Shown here piece by piece: positions 13,263 to 23,369 of a DNA stretch of 64,000 nt. The notes beneath the pieces are model-generated. The model worked only from the letters and a program-made list of their open reading frames with translations, was not told where the DNA came from and made no database searches. Both the position numbers and the translations under genes were made by a program. Numbering within the stretch: the first letter of the stretch is position 1; each line of letters begins with the position of its first letter. This stretch comes from an uncultured delta proteobacterium (GTDB lineage Bacteria; Myxococcota; Myxococcia; Myxococcales; Myxococcaceae): contig CAVYSY010000035.1 in the NCBI GenBank assembly GCA_963771175.1, forward strand, positions 1 to 64,000, read 5' to 3'.

Positions 13263-13967
13263 TCAGTCGAGGCCGACGTAGATGTTCTGGACGTCGTCGT
13301 CCTCGTCCATCGCCTCGAGGAACGACTCGACCTCGGTCGCGGGCCTCGCCCTCGAGCGTGCACGGGGTTCTTGGCGATCCACGCGAGGTTCTGCGAGCTG
13401 CACCGTCCAGCCCAGGCCCGTCAGGGCCCGGCTCACCGCGTCGAGCTCGGTGGGGGCGGTGAGGAAGCGGGTCGCGCCCTCCTCGCCGGTCTCGAGGTCC
13501 TGCGCGCCCGCCTCGATGGCGGCGGTCTCGGCATCGGCGCCGCCGCTGGGGGGCGTGGCCTCGATGACGCCCAGGCGGTTGAAGTCCCACGACACCGCGC
13601 CGGTGGTGGCGATCTGCCCCTTGCGGAAGAGCACCCGGATGTTGGTGGCGGTGCGGTTCTTGTTGTCGGTGAGGCACTCGACGATGACCGGCACCTGGTG
13701 GGGCGCGAAGCCCTCGTAGGTGACGAGCTCGTAGTTCACCGGCTCGTCCAGCAGGCCCGCGCCCTTCTTGATGGCGCGCTCCAGCGTGTCGCGCGGCATC
13801 GAGGCCTTCTTGGCCTGCTCGATCGCCATCCGCAGACGGGGGTTGGTGCTGGGATCGGCACCGCCCGCCTTGGCGGCGATGATGAGTTCCTTGACCAGCT
13901 TGGTGAAGAGCCGACCCTTCGCGGCCGCATGCTCAGTGCGGCCCTTGTGCTTCCATTGAGCGCCCAT
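13263..13967 (-). CDS. yebC: YebC/PmpR family protein
   Basis: [29 protein letters not shown]; three compensating +1 indels garble residues at about 13340-13400. Confidence 0.95.
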   Translation of the reverse strand: MGAQWKHKGRTEHAAAKGRLFTKLVKELIIAAKAGGADPSTNPRLRMAIEQAKKASMPRDTLERAIKKGAGLLDEPVNYELVTYEGFAPHQVPVIVECLTDNKNRTATNIRVLFRKGQIATTGAVSWDFNRLGVIEATPPSGGADAETAAIEAGAQDLETGEEGATRFLTAPTELDAVSRALTGLGWTVQLAEPRVDRQEPRARSRARPATEVESFLEAMDEDDDVQNIYVGLD

Positions 13968-14001
13968 GGAATGCGCTCCTACCGCATTCCCAGGCGGGGT
14001 T

Positions 14002-14502
14002 CTACTCGGGGGTAATATCCTCGGACTGCCACTGCCAGGTGCCGCCCTGGATCTTGTACGTGACGGTCTTGATGCTGATCTCCCCGTCGTGGTCCAGGTC
14101 CGCCTTGCCCGTCATGATCAGCTCCTCGGGCGTCGCACCCTGGACGATCTCGTAGCGGTAGTAGACCGGGCCGTCGGGCGCGAAGCCCAGGTCCGCCCAC
14201 TTGCCGATCGTCTTCGAGAAGAACTTCCGGGTCCCATCCGGAGCATCCGGTGGGTTCTGGGGGAGGTCCACGGTCGTCCCGCCCGGCAGCGAGCCGTGCG
14301 CGATGGCGTACTCGGTCATCGTGCGGATGATCGAGGTCATCATCGGATCGCGCTCGGCCGCCTTCGCGCGCATGGACATGTTCAGGAACTCGGGAATGGC
14401 CACTGAGGCGAGGATGCCGATGATCGCGACGACGATCATCAGCTCGATCAGCGTGAAGCCTCGCTGCGCACGGCCGCGGTGGTGGGTCTTCGTGTCTGCC
14501 AT
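14002..14502 (-). CDS. Type IV pilin-like protein with prepilin N-methylation motif
   Basis: [27 protein letters not shown]-terminal ADLDHDG; no Cys pair. Confidence 0.9.
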   Translation of the reverse strand: MADTKTHHRGRAQRGFTLIELMIVVAIIGILASVAIPEFLNMSMRAKAAERDPMMTSIIRTMTEYAIAHGSLPGGTTVDLPQNPPDAPDGTRKFFSKTIGKWADLGFAPDGPVYYRYEIVQGATPEELIMTGKADLDHDGEISIKTVTYKIQGGTWQWQSEDITPE

Positions 14503-14547
14503 GTCATACCCCCTGTGTTGGGTACGAAAGAGAAGGAATCTCACGGA

Positions 14548-15462
14548 CTAGGGACTGCCGTTGCCCGCGGTGACCGGGGCCTTTGGGGCGGGGACGACGA
14601 GGTAGGAGCCGGTACCGAGCTGCCGCACCTGCATGCCCTTGGCCTCGAGGCTCTTGAACCACGCCTGCTGCTCCGCGGTGATGGGGCCGGCGCGCGTCGA
14701 CTGCACCACCAGGGAGCCGGAGCTCGGGTTGACGACGACCTGGGTGTAGGGCGGGGCGCCCGGGTAGCTGGACTTCGGTTTCTCCGAGCCCAGCAGGTTG
14801 GCGACGTGGTACGCGCCGCCACCGAGCAGCACCACGGCCAGGGCGATGTACTGCATCCGCTGTGACCGCTTCTTGCCCTGCTGCTGCTGGGGCTCCTCCG
14901 CCTGGAACGTCACCTTGCCCGCGGTGGGGGCGGCCGCCTTCTTGTGCGCGGGGGCATGGCGGTCGACCGGCTGGTTCGAGGCCGCCTTGACGGTGCTGGC
15001 GAACTCGACGGCCTCCGTGGTCAGGGTCTCCGCGATGCGGTCGATGGCGAGCGCCAGCTCCGGCGTGGCGCCGTTGGTGGTGCGCGCGGCCTCCAGCACC
15101 CGATCCGTCTCGGCCAGCAGCGCGTCGAGCGCCACCTGGTCCACGCGGCCTTCCGCCGTCAGCAGCAGATCCGTGGCCGCCGCCAGGCGCCAGCGCGCCA
15201 CGAGCGCGTCGCGCAGGACAAGGCCCTCTCCGTCCTCCTGGAGCGCATCTCGCTCGGGGTGGGTGAGCTTCTCCTGGAGTTTGCGAGCGCCCGGGAGCGA
15301 CACCGCCAGCGTCAGCCTGCCACGGAGGATCTCCAGGGCCTGCGACTGCGAGGGCACGTTGCCGGGCCAGGTCGCGGGTTGCTCCAACTTCTTGTGCGCC
15401 AGCGCGGCGAGCGCGATCTCATCCAACGTCGAGGGGTGGGGGTGTTCCTGGTCGTTTGACAT
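14548..15462 (-). CDS. Hypothetical bitopic membrane protein
   Basis: Long GC3-rich ORF; single TM IALAVVLLGGGAYHV after a basic patch. Confidence 0.7.
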   Translation of the reverse strand: MSNDQEHPHPSTLDEIALAALAHKKLEQPATWPGNVPSQSQALEILRGRLTLAVSLPGARKLQEKLTHPERDALQEDGEGLVLRDALVARWRLAAATDLLLTAEGRVDQVALDALLAETDRVLEAARTTNGATPELALAIDRIAETLTTEAVEFASTVKAASNQPVDRHAPAHKKAAAPTAGKVTFQAEEPQQQQGKKRSQRMQYIALAVVLLGGGAYHVANLLGSEKPKSSYPGAPPYTQVVVNPSSGSLVVQSTRAGPITAEQQAWFKSLEAKGMQVRQLGTGSYLVVPAPKAPVTAGNGSP

Positions 15463-15699
15463 GGGCCACGCGGGTTGACGGGTGCGCACATCATCCGATT
15501 GTTGGCCCGGCAAGACAATCGCTCGCCTGCTGGGGGAACTGGCCCGAGAAGCACGGCGTGAAGCCAGCTACGTCCCAGGTGCACGGTTGCAGTTGCAGCA
15601 GAGGCAGGACTTGTCTGACAAGGTGAACTACCCGGGCGGCTGAACACCCAGGGCACCCGTTTCCACCATGGCTGTTTTCGCCCCGAGCAGGGTCCTGGC

Positions 15700-17862
15700 T
15701 CAGGGGACGGGTCGGCCGCTGGAGGCCTGCGCCATGCGGAGCGAGCGCTCCATCAGCTCGCCCTGGGCCCAGCGCTTCTCTCCCTCGGGGGCGCGCCGCA
15801 GCCACGTCCCGTCCGGCTCGAGTTGCCACGTGTGGGTGTTGTCCGCGAGGCACCGGTCGAGCATGTCCCGCACCTGGGCGATGAGCGGGGGCTCCTCCAC
15901 CGGCGCGAGCGCCTCCACGCGGTGGTCCAGGTTGCGCGGCATGAGATCCGCCGAGCCGATGAAGCAGCGCGTCTCGCCCCCGCGCTCGAAGAGGTAGACG
16001 CGCGAGTGCTCCAGGAAGCGGCCGAGCGTGGAGACCACGCGGATGTTCTCCGAGACGCCGGCGACTCCGGGGCGCAGGCAGCAGATGCCGCGGATGTTGA
16101 GCTCCACCTTCACCCCGGCGCGCGAGGCGTCGTAGAGGGCGCGGATCATCGCCGGGTCCACCAGCGCGTTCATCTTCATCTGAATGAGAGAGGGGCGCTG
16201 GGCCGAGTGCGCGGCGGCGGTGCGGCGGATCTCCGCGAGCAGGCCCTCGCGCATGTTGATGGGGGCCACCAGCAGCTTGCGGAAGGACTTGGGGCGGGCG
16301 AAGCCGGTGAGGAAGTTGAAGAGGTCGGCCACGTCCGCGCCTATCTCCGGATCCGTGGTGAACAGCCCGAGGTCCGTGTAGAGCCGGGCCGTCTTCGGGT
16401 TGTAGTTGCCGGTGCCGATGTGGACGTAGTGGCGCACCCGCTCGCCCTCGCGGCGGACGATGAGGATGGCCTTGGCGTGCGTCTTGAGACCGGGGATGCC
16501 GTAGACGACGTGGACGCCCGCCTCCTCCAGCGCGAGCGCCCACTGGATGTTGGTGCGCTCGTCGAAGCGGGCCTTGAGCTCCACCATGCAGACGGCCTGC
16601 TTGCCGCTCTCCGTGGCGCGGATGAGCGCGGGCACCAGCGGGGAATCGTTCGAGGTGCGGTAGACGGTCTGCTTGATGGCGAGTACGTCCGGGTCCTCCA
16701 CCGCCTCGTTGACGAAGCGCTCCACCGAGGTGGCGAAGGACTCGTAGGGGTGGTGGACGAGCAGCGCGCCCCGGCGCATGGCCGACATCACCGTGATGCC
16801 GTCCGTTTCGCCCTCCGCCCGCAGCCGGGGCTGGGTGACGGGCACCCACGGCGGATCCCTCAGCTCGGCGAAGCCCGGGGTGAACACCAGGCTCATGAGG
16901 TCCGAGAGATCCAACAGGCCCTGCTCCTCGTAGAGCTGCAGCGACTCCACCCCGAGCGCCTCCTCCAGCGGCTCGCGCAGCTTGGGGCTCATCCCCGCCT
17001 GCAGCTCCAGGCGGATGACGTCCCCGAAGCGGCGCTGGCGCAGCTCGGTCTGAACGGCCACCAGCAGATCCTCGGCGTCCTCGGAGACGGTGAAGTCCGC
17101 GTCGCGAGTGACGCGGAACAGCCCTTGGTCGAGCACCTCCATGCCGGGGAAGAGGGTGCCCAGGTGGTGGGCGATGATCTCCTCGAGCGGGACGAAGGCC
17201 GTGGTGCCCTTGAGCGGGACGAAGCGCGGCAGCGCCTCCTTGGGGACCTTCACCCGCGCCACGGTCTCCTCTTCGGTGACGGGGTCGCGCAGCAGCACCG
17301 CGAGACTGAGGGAGAGGTTGGAGATGTAGGGGAAGTGCCGGCCCAGGCCGATGGCCAGCGGGGTGAGCACGGGGAAGATCTGCTCGCGGAAGCGCTGGTC
17401 CACCTGCGCCCGCGACTCCGAGTCGAGCTCCTTCATGGAGAGGATGCGCAGGCCCTTCTCCGCGAGCGCCGGGCGGAGCTGGCGCTCGAAGCAGTCGCTG
17501 TGGCGCTGGCCCTGCTCGAGGATGCGCGTGTGCAGCTTGTCGAGCGTCTCGCCCGGGGTGGCGCCATCCGGCACCAGCCGGGCCACGCGGCTGCGCACCT
17601 GCTCGTGTAGCCGGGCCACGCGAATCATGAAGAACTCATCGAGGTTGCGGGCGTAGATGGCACAGAACTTCAGGCGCTCCATCAGCGGTTCCGACGCGTC
17701 CTCGGCGAGTTGGAGCACCCGGTTGTTGAAGGCGAGCCAGGACAGCTCCCGGTTGAAGAAGAGGTTGCCGTCCGGCACCTCCGCCCCCGGAGGGATGACG
17801 TCCCGCTCGACGGGCTTCTGGGTGATGCTCCGGCCGGATGTGGAGGTCGTGCGCTTGGCCAT
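15700..17862 (-). CDS. ppk1: Polyphosphate kinase 1
   Basis: FNRELSWLAFNNRVL, HHPYESF, ELKARFDE, LKTHAK, GRFLEHSR, SADLMPRNL. Confidence 0.98.
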   Translation of the reverse strand: MAKRTTSTSGRSITQKPVERDVIPPGAEVPDGNLFFNRELSWLAFNNRVLQLAEDASEPLMERLKFCAIYARNLDEFFMIRVARLHEQVRSRVARLVPDGATPGETLDKLHTRILEQGQRHSDCFERQLRPALAEKGLRILSMKELDSESRAQVDQRFREQIFPVLTPLAIGLGRHFPYISNLSLSLAVLLRDPVTEEETVARVKVPKEALPRFVPLKGTTAFVPLEEIIAHHLGTLFPGMEVLDQGLFRVTRDADFTVSEDAEDLLVAVQTELRQRRFGDVIRLELQAGMSPKLREPLEEALGVESLQLYEEQGLLDLSDLMSLVFTPGFAELRDPPWVPVTQPRLRAEGETDGITVMSAMRRGALLVHHPYESFATSVERFVNEAVEDPDVLAIKQTVYRTSNDSPLVPALIRATESGKQAVCMVELKARFDERTNIQWALALEEAGVHVVYGIPGLKTHAKAILIVRREGERVRHYVHIGTGNYNPKTARLYTDLGLFTTDPEIGADVADLFNFLTGFARPKSFRKLLVAPINMREGLLAEIRRTAAAHSAQRPSLIQMKMNALVDPAMIRALYDASRAGVKVELNIRGICCLRPGVAGVSENIRVVSTLGRFLEHSRVYLFERGGETRCFIGSADLMPRNLDHRVEALAPVEEPPLIAQVRDMLDRCLADNTHTWQLEPDGTWLRRAPEGEKRWAQGELMERSLRMAQASSGRPVP

Positions 17863-18043
17863 CTCCGTCCTCTTGGTAACGGGGACGCGATGTAGCAAGC
17901 CGGGACCGGGGGGCTGTGTGAATCTTTGAAGAAACCGATGGCCCCCGGCCGTCGCATCGCCCGGCCGCCTGCTCGCTTTACCGGGCGCACAAATGAAAGA
18001 GGCCCCTCCAATTCTGACGCGAGGCACGGTACACCTGGGGGTC

Positions 18044-19148
18044 ATGGCTGACTCCACGATGAACATCCCGACCGTCGACCTCGCCGATCTCGCATCCAAT
18101 GACCCGACCCGCTTCGAGCGTGGCGCGACGGCGATCCGCGAGGCGTTCGGCACCTACGGCCTCGTGTACATCAAGAACCACGGGGTCGATATCCAGGCGC
18201 TCGAGCGCTTCTACGACGCGTTTGGCGCGTTCATCGCCCGACCCGAGGCGGCGAAGCGGCCCTGCGGGCGCGCGGATATCTGGTACCAGCGAGGCTGGAC
18301 TCCGCCGAACACCGAGGTCGCCGTCGCGGGCAACGGCCAGCCGGACTTCAAGGAGTGCTACTTCATCGCTCCGTACCCGACGGACGAGTCCGCGGCGATC
18401 GAGTTCCCGCAGATCTACTCCGACAACGTGTGGCCCTCGGACGCGCCGCCGTACTTCCAGGAGGGGTTCCTCGGGCTCGGGCGTTCGCTCCATGAGGCCG
18501 GGCTGAAGCTGCTGCGCGGCGCGGCGTCGGCGCTCGGGCTGCCGGAGAGCACGTTCTCGGACTTGTGCGACAAGGGCCCGCACGTCACGCGCGCGCTCCA
18601 GTACCTGCCGCTCACCCCCGCCCAGGTGAACACGAACATCGTCTGGGGCGAGGAGCACACGGACTTCAACCTGCTCACGCTCCTGCCCGGAGGTCGGTTC
18701 CTGGACCCGGCGGGGCGGCCGGCCCCGAAGCCCGACGACAAGAGCGGGCTCTACCTGCGCACGCGCGCCGACGCCCACCGAGCCCAACGGGCAGATGGTG
18801 CGAGGCACCGCGCCGGCGGGGTGCATCGTGGCGCAGGTGGGCCAGCAGCTGGAGATCCTCACGGGCGGCACGTTCCTGGCGACGCCGCACGTCATCACCG
18901 CGCCGGGCGTGTCGGGCTGGCAGCGTCAGTCGGCCGCGCACTTCATGCACGTGCACACGAGCACCGTGCTCTTCCCGCTGTCGAAGTTCCGCACCCTGGA
19001 GGTGGCCCGGAACTACGCGCCGCCGGTGCTCGCGGGGACGTACGACATCAAGACGCTGGTGGACATCGGCCTGGCGCCCGCGAGCGCGCTGGATCAGCTC
19101 GGCTACCGTCACTACGACCGGCTCAACCGCATGCGCGCGAACTCCTAG
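18044..19148 (+). CDS. 2OG/Fe(II) oxygenase, isopenicillin-N-synthase-like; frameshift near 18770
   Basis: IPTVDL, HTDFNLLTLL (HxD), then in the shifted frame GQQLEILTGG...ATPHVI...RQS. Confidence 0.88.
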
Positions 19149-19268
19149 GCGGCGCCGAACCGCGCTCCCGTTGCTCGCCTTCACCCATGGCCTCATCCTC
19201 GAGATGCAGGCCACCACCCGCCGCCCGCTTGGCATGCGCGGACAGCGGGTGGCCGGGCCTGGCGCTCG

Positions 19269-20507
19269 TCAGGCCTGGAAGTGAGGAGAGCCGTTCTTCA
19301 GCTCCTTGCGGACCGCCTCGCTGACGCGATCGCGGACCACGTCCGCCACGCGCTCGCGGAGATCCTCACTGACGCGCTCGCGGACGGCGTCCACGATGCC
19401 CTCGGTGTCGACCTGGCCGAAGCCCTGCTGGACGCCCATCCACTGCTCGCCCACCCCGGTGCGCGTCGTCCCGCCCAGCGTCTCGCGGAGCGACTCGACC
19501 AGCCGGTCCCGAAGCACCTCGTTCAGCTGCTCACGGAGGGTGTTGGAGAGCCGCTCGTGGAGGGCATCGACCAGGCGCCCGCGGATGGCGTCGGCGATGC
19601 GCTCGGGGTCGACCTGGCCGAAGCCTTGTTGGGAGCCCATCCGCCGCTCGGCCACCGCGGTGCGCAGCTCCGCCCCCAGCCGCTCCTTGAGCGTTTCCCG
19701 CACGCGCTCGCGCAGGCCGGAGTGGAGCCGCTCGCGGATGCCCTCCGTGATGCGATCGCGGATGGCGTCGGCGATGCGCTCGGGGTCGATCTGGCCGAAG
19801 CCCTGCATCCGCCGCTCGGCCAGGGCGGTGCGCAGCGACTCCGCCAGCCGCTCCTTGAGCGCCTCGCGCACGCGCTCGCGCACGACGTAGGCGAGCCGCT
19901 CATGCAGGGCGTCGGCGAGGCGGGTGCGGATGGCCTCCGCGATGCGCTCGGGGTCGACCTGGCCGAAGCCCTCCATGCCCATCCGCCGCTCGGCCATGGC
20001 GGTGCGCAGCTTCTCCGCCAGCCGCTCCCTTAACGACTCGCGCACGCACTCGCGCACGGTGGTGTTGAGCCGCTCCCGGAAGGCATCCTCGAGACGGTTG
20101 CGGACCCGCTCCGCGATGCGATCGGTGTCGAACTGGCCCTGCTGCATGCTCATCCAGTTCTCGGCCAGGGCGGTGCGCAGCGACTCCGCCAGCCGCTCCT
20201 TGAGCACCTCGCGCACGCGCTCCTGCACTCCGGAGCTGATGCGATCACGGATGCTATCGGCGAGGCGATTGTGGATGGCTTCGGTGATGCGCTCGGTGTC
20301 GAACTGGGGGACGGCGCCCTGCTGCATGCCCATCCAGCGCTCGCTCAACGCGCTGCGCACCGCATCGCCGACGCGCTCGCGAATCTCACTGCCGAGACGC
20401 TCCTCGAGAGCCGACACGACGCGCTCACGAACCGCGTCGGTGATGCGGGCCTTGAGGGCCTCGCCGAACATTTGCTGCTCCTGCGTCGAGAACTGTTCCT
20501 GGCTCAT
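19269..20507 (-). CDS. Charged helical repeat protein (about 6-7 units of ~56 aa)
   Basis: Recurring Q(F/V/I)D(P/T)ERIADAIR..RL....RER....LKERLAE.LRTA.AER.M...G; AGGAGA RBS. Confidence 0.85.
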   Translation of the reverse strand: MSQEQFSTQEQQMFGEALKARITDAVRERVVSALEERLGSEIRERVGDAVRSALSERWMGMQQGAVPQFDTERITEAIHNRLADSIRDRISSGVQERVREVLKERLAESLRTALAENWMSMQQGQFDTDRIAERVRNRLEDAFRERLNTTVRECVRESLRERLAEKLRTAMAERRMGMEGFGQVDPERIAEAIRTRLADALHERLAYVVRERVREALKERLAESLRTALAERRMQGFGQIDPERIADAIRDRITEGIRERLHSGLRERVRETLKERLGAELRTAVAERRMGSQQGFGQVDPERIADAIRGRLVDALHERLSNTLREQLNEVLRDRLVESLRETLGGTTRTGVGEQWMGVQQGFGQVDTEGIVDAVRERVSEDLRERVADVVRDRVSEAVRKELKNGSPHFQA

Positions 20508-20717
20508 TGAGATGCATCTCCTGGGGTTGCGGATAAAACGGCAATCCGGGAATCCGGCCTTGCCGCCGCGCAGATAGATAGGGCCAGGGCGGGGTACCGT
20601 ATATGTGTCCCCGGGTATGAAGCGCCTGTCGGCGCGGAGACAGCGCGTGGGCCGCGCGGCGCCCGTCCCTGCTCGGTGCGCGCCGCTTCCGGAATGCCGT
20701 CGCGGTGGGAACCCGCA

Positions 20718-20812
20718 GAGACGGTGTCAAAGGACTCGAACCCCCCCGAGACGGTGTCACCCGAGACGGAATTCTTTGTCACCCGAGACGGAGACGGGGA
20801 CACCCGAGACGG
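20718..20812. repeat. Cluster of short direct repeats CCCGAGACGG upstream of the repeat-protein gene
   Basis: CCCGAGACGG at 20745, 20760, 20782 and 20803; GAGACGG also at 20718 and 20791; TGTCA at 20725, 20755 and 20777. Confidence 0.8.
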
Positions 20813-20838
20813 CCCTCGAGGTCCACGCCCACGGGCGC

Positions 20839-21498
20839 TCAGTCTCCGATGATGCCCTTGAGCGACTCGGCCCGCTGCTCGTGGCTGCTGAGGACGGGCG
20901 CCGTCCGGCCGAGGTACGCGGCCAGCGCCGCGTCATCGGGGTACTTGTCCAGGCCCTTGTCGACGAGCTTCGCGCCCGCGTGCTGGTCGTGGCGCACCTG
21001 CTTCAGGAAGGCCTTGTCGAACTCGTGGCCACTCAGGCCCGCGAGCTTGTCGCGCCTCTTGATGAACTCCTGGGTCTTCTTGTCGAGCTTCTCGTCGTAC
21101 CCCGGGCTGCCCTTCTCGATGCCCTTCTGCACGCCCTCGTAACCCGCGCCGCCGACGCCCTCCTGTGTCCAGGTCAGGTCCAGCGCGGCCAATGAGATGG
21201 CCTTGGCCTTCGCCAGTGACTCCAGGTCCTGTGCGTTGCGCTGATGGTCACGGAGCAATTCCTCCGCGAAGCGCCGCACCTCGGGGTTGTCGGACGTCTG
21301 CTGGGCGAGCCGGGCGAGGGCGATCTGCTCTTGATTCATCAGGGAGACCTCGTTCGCGAAGCGGACCTTTTCCGCGACGGCCTCGCCCACCTTTTCACCC
21401 TGGCTGCGTGCCTGTTTCGTCTCGTCGTGCGCACAGCCCGCGCCCATGCCCATGACCGCCAGAAGCCCCATGCCCCACAGCAATCGATGCATCCTCAT
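20839..21498 (-). CDS. DUF4142-like (ferritin-like) lipoprotein
   Basis: Lipobox GAGC; EIALARLA...EVRRFAEELLRDH, FDKAFL motifs. Confidence 0.8.
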   Translation of the reverse strand: MRMHRLLWGMGLLAVMGMGAGCAHDETKQARSQGEKVGEAVAEKVRFANEVSLMNQEQIALARLAQQTSDNPEVRRFAEELLRDHQRNAQDLESLAKAKAISLAALDLTWTQEGVGGAGYEGVQKGIEKGSPGYDEKLDKKTQEFIKRRDKLAGLSGHEFDKAFLKQVRHDQHAGAKLVDKGLDKYPDDAALAAYLGRTAPVLSSHEQRAESLKGIIGD

Positions 21499-21617
21499 GT
21501 CCCCGAACCTCCTTGGTCAGTTGGACGCCGCAAAGCTGGGGACAGGGAGGATGGCTCACAAGCGCTGGGGGCAAGCGGCCCGACGAGGGCCTGGTGAGGA
21601 GGGTGCCCAGCGAGCAT

Positions 21618-22346
21618 TCAGAGGCGGAGCCCGAAGATGATGGGGATGTATTGGCCGTCGACCTTGCGGGACTCGCCCGCCACGTCGACGGAGCCGCCGA
21701 ACATGTAGTGGTAGCGGCCCTCCAGGTAGAGGCGGTGCGGGCCTCCGAAGAGGCTCAGGCTGATGCCCACCCCCGCGTTGAGCCCGAAGTCCGTCCTGCT
21801 CCGCACGCCGAGCACCTGATCGATTTCGACGGGCGTGGTGTAGCAGATGAACAGCCAGGGGTCGCAGTATGGCACGAAGCCAACGCCAGCGAACTGGGTG
21901 ATCTCCACCCGCCGATGGTAGATGCCGGGCCCACCCAGGACATAGACGCCAAAGGGGCGGGCGGGCACGACGTTGTAGATGACGTTGAGATCCCCGTACT
22001 GCATCGAGTGGTAGCCATCCACGTCCTCCGAACCCAGCACGTTGTCCTGCACGTCGTGGCCGCTGTAGAGGTACTCGGTTTGCACGCCCAGGCGCCGCGT
22101 GAAGTAGTAGGTCACGCCGAGCTGAAAGGCGCCGCCCGTACGGAAACGATCCCCCGCGTCGGAGATGGGGATGGACGCCCCAGCGCCGATGTTGAAGCCC
22201 ACGAGAGGCACGAGGGTGTCTTGTTCGTAGTAGGTGTCTTGTTCGTAGGTGGTGGCGTTCAGGGGCACGTCGGATTCAGCCGCCAGCACGGGCCGGGCAC
22301 TTGCGAGCGCCACCAGTCCAACGGCTACCGCGGAAATGAATCGCAT
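21618..22346 (-). CDS. Outer-membrane beta-barrel protein (8-strand OmpA-TM-like)
   Basis: Signal peptide, alternating beta strands, Cys-bridged loop, C-terminal IPIIFGLRL; GAGG RBS. Confidence 0.8.
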   Translation of the reverse strand: MRFISAVAVGLVALASARPVLAAESDVPLNATTYEQDTYYEQDTLVPLVGFNIGAGASIPISDAGDRFRTGGAFQLGVTYYFTRRLGVQTEYLYSGHDVQDNVLGSEDVDGYHSMQYGDLNVIYNVVPARPFGVYVLGGPGIYHRRVEITQFAGVGFVPYCDPWLFICYTTPVEIDQVLGVRSRTDFGLNAGVGISLSLFGGPHRLYLEGRYHYMFGGSVDVAGESRKVDGQYIPIIFGLRL

Positions 22347-22513
22347 GTCTTCCTCCCAGGGCCAGGGTATGCACCGGGTAGGAGGTTCACCCATCAGGAC
22401 ACCAGGGCGGGAGGATGGTCTTTGGGCTAACGCGAGCGAGGCGCGGGGGAGTCCGGCTCGAGGGGCCCGGGGCCGTGGTGGTTCGCCTCACGGCCTGAGT
22501 CCCACCGGGTAGG

Positions 22514-23143
22514 TCAGAACGAGCCGCCCAGGTTGATGCCGATGTTGACGTTGTTTCCGCGCTCGTCCAACCCCAGGTCCTCGTCGCCGAGGATGCTGTA
22601 GGTGGCGCGTGCACCGGCCCTGACGGCACTGAACTTGTAATCGATGCCCGCGGCCAGCGGCACCTCGGTGACGAAGTCGTTGTCGTAGATGCGATCGGCG
22701 TCGCCGCTCGGAGTGAGCTCGCCCACGCTGAAGCCCGCGCCGAGGAAGGGCCGCAGGTTGCTGTTGGGGCCGAACTCGGGACCCAGCTTGAACTCAGGAC
22801 CCAGCTTGGCGAGAGCTCCGACGTTGTTCCGCCACAGCCCGCCGTCGATGTTCACGAACGGGCTGCGTGAGCCCTGGTAGCCGAGCTCCAGTCCCAGCAG
22901 CGGCAGGGGCCTCGTGTCGGCCATGATGCCCAGGGAGCCACCCACTCCCGTGATGTCCGCGAGGTCACCCGTGTACATGTTCAAGCCGCTCGTCAGGCTG
23001 ACGCCGAAGTCGTGGAAGAAGCCCCGGTTCTGTCGGTTTTCGTCGTAGGTGCTCTCCTCGCCCATCTGGGCCGCGAACGCGGGCAGGGTCAGCAGTGTGG
23101 CCGCGGCGACCATGCCGAGACTCCAGCTGTTCTTGATGCCCAT
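22514..23143 (-). CDS. Outer-membrane beta-barrel protein
   Basis: Signal peptide (AFA), LELGYQG, RPFLGAG, C-terminal GGSF; GGAGG RBS. Confidence 0.8.
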   Translation of the reverse strand: MGIKNSWSLGMVAAATLLTLPAFAAQMGEESTYDENRQNRGFFHDFGVSLTSGLNMYTGDLADITGVGGSLGIMADTRPLPLLGLELGYQGSRSPFVNIDGGLWRNNVGALAKLGPEFKLGPEFGPNSNLRPFLGAGFSVGELTPSGDADRIYDNDFVTEVPLAAGIDYKFSAVRAGARATYSILGDEDLGLDERGNNVNIGINLGGSF

Positions 23144-23369
23144 GATGTTGCCTCCCTGTGTGCCCCCCGTGGGTTCGGGGGTCTGTCGAAAGCTGGGCGC
23201 GAGTCTCGGTGACAGGAATCGCGCACCCCTATTGGCCTCTCCCCCCATTCCCCTCCAGGCGGACAAACCACCGGTCCACGGCCCGGCCGTGGCTGGCCTC
23301 CGGGACGGTAACTGGCCATGGGCATGCCCGAGACGTGCCGCCGCAACGTTTTTTGCTACGTTGCAGGAC

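Noticed and set aside
17900..17950. Pho box upstream of ppk1
   Set aside because: TTCA-like words are present but not at an 11-bp period
20504..20803. 99-aa ORF with repeated DTVS(G/A)G, resembling a RiPP precursor
   Set aside because: No RBS or modifying enzymes; repeat spacings are not all multiples of 3, so a DNA-level repeat is more likely
20718..20812. Possible CRISPR array
   Set aside because: Repeats are only 10-15 bp with 5-12 bp gaps, and there are no cas genes
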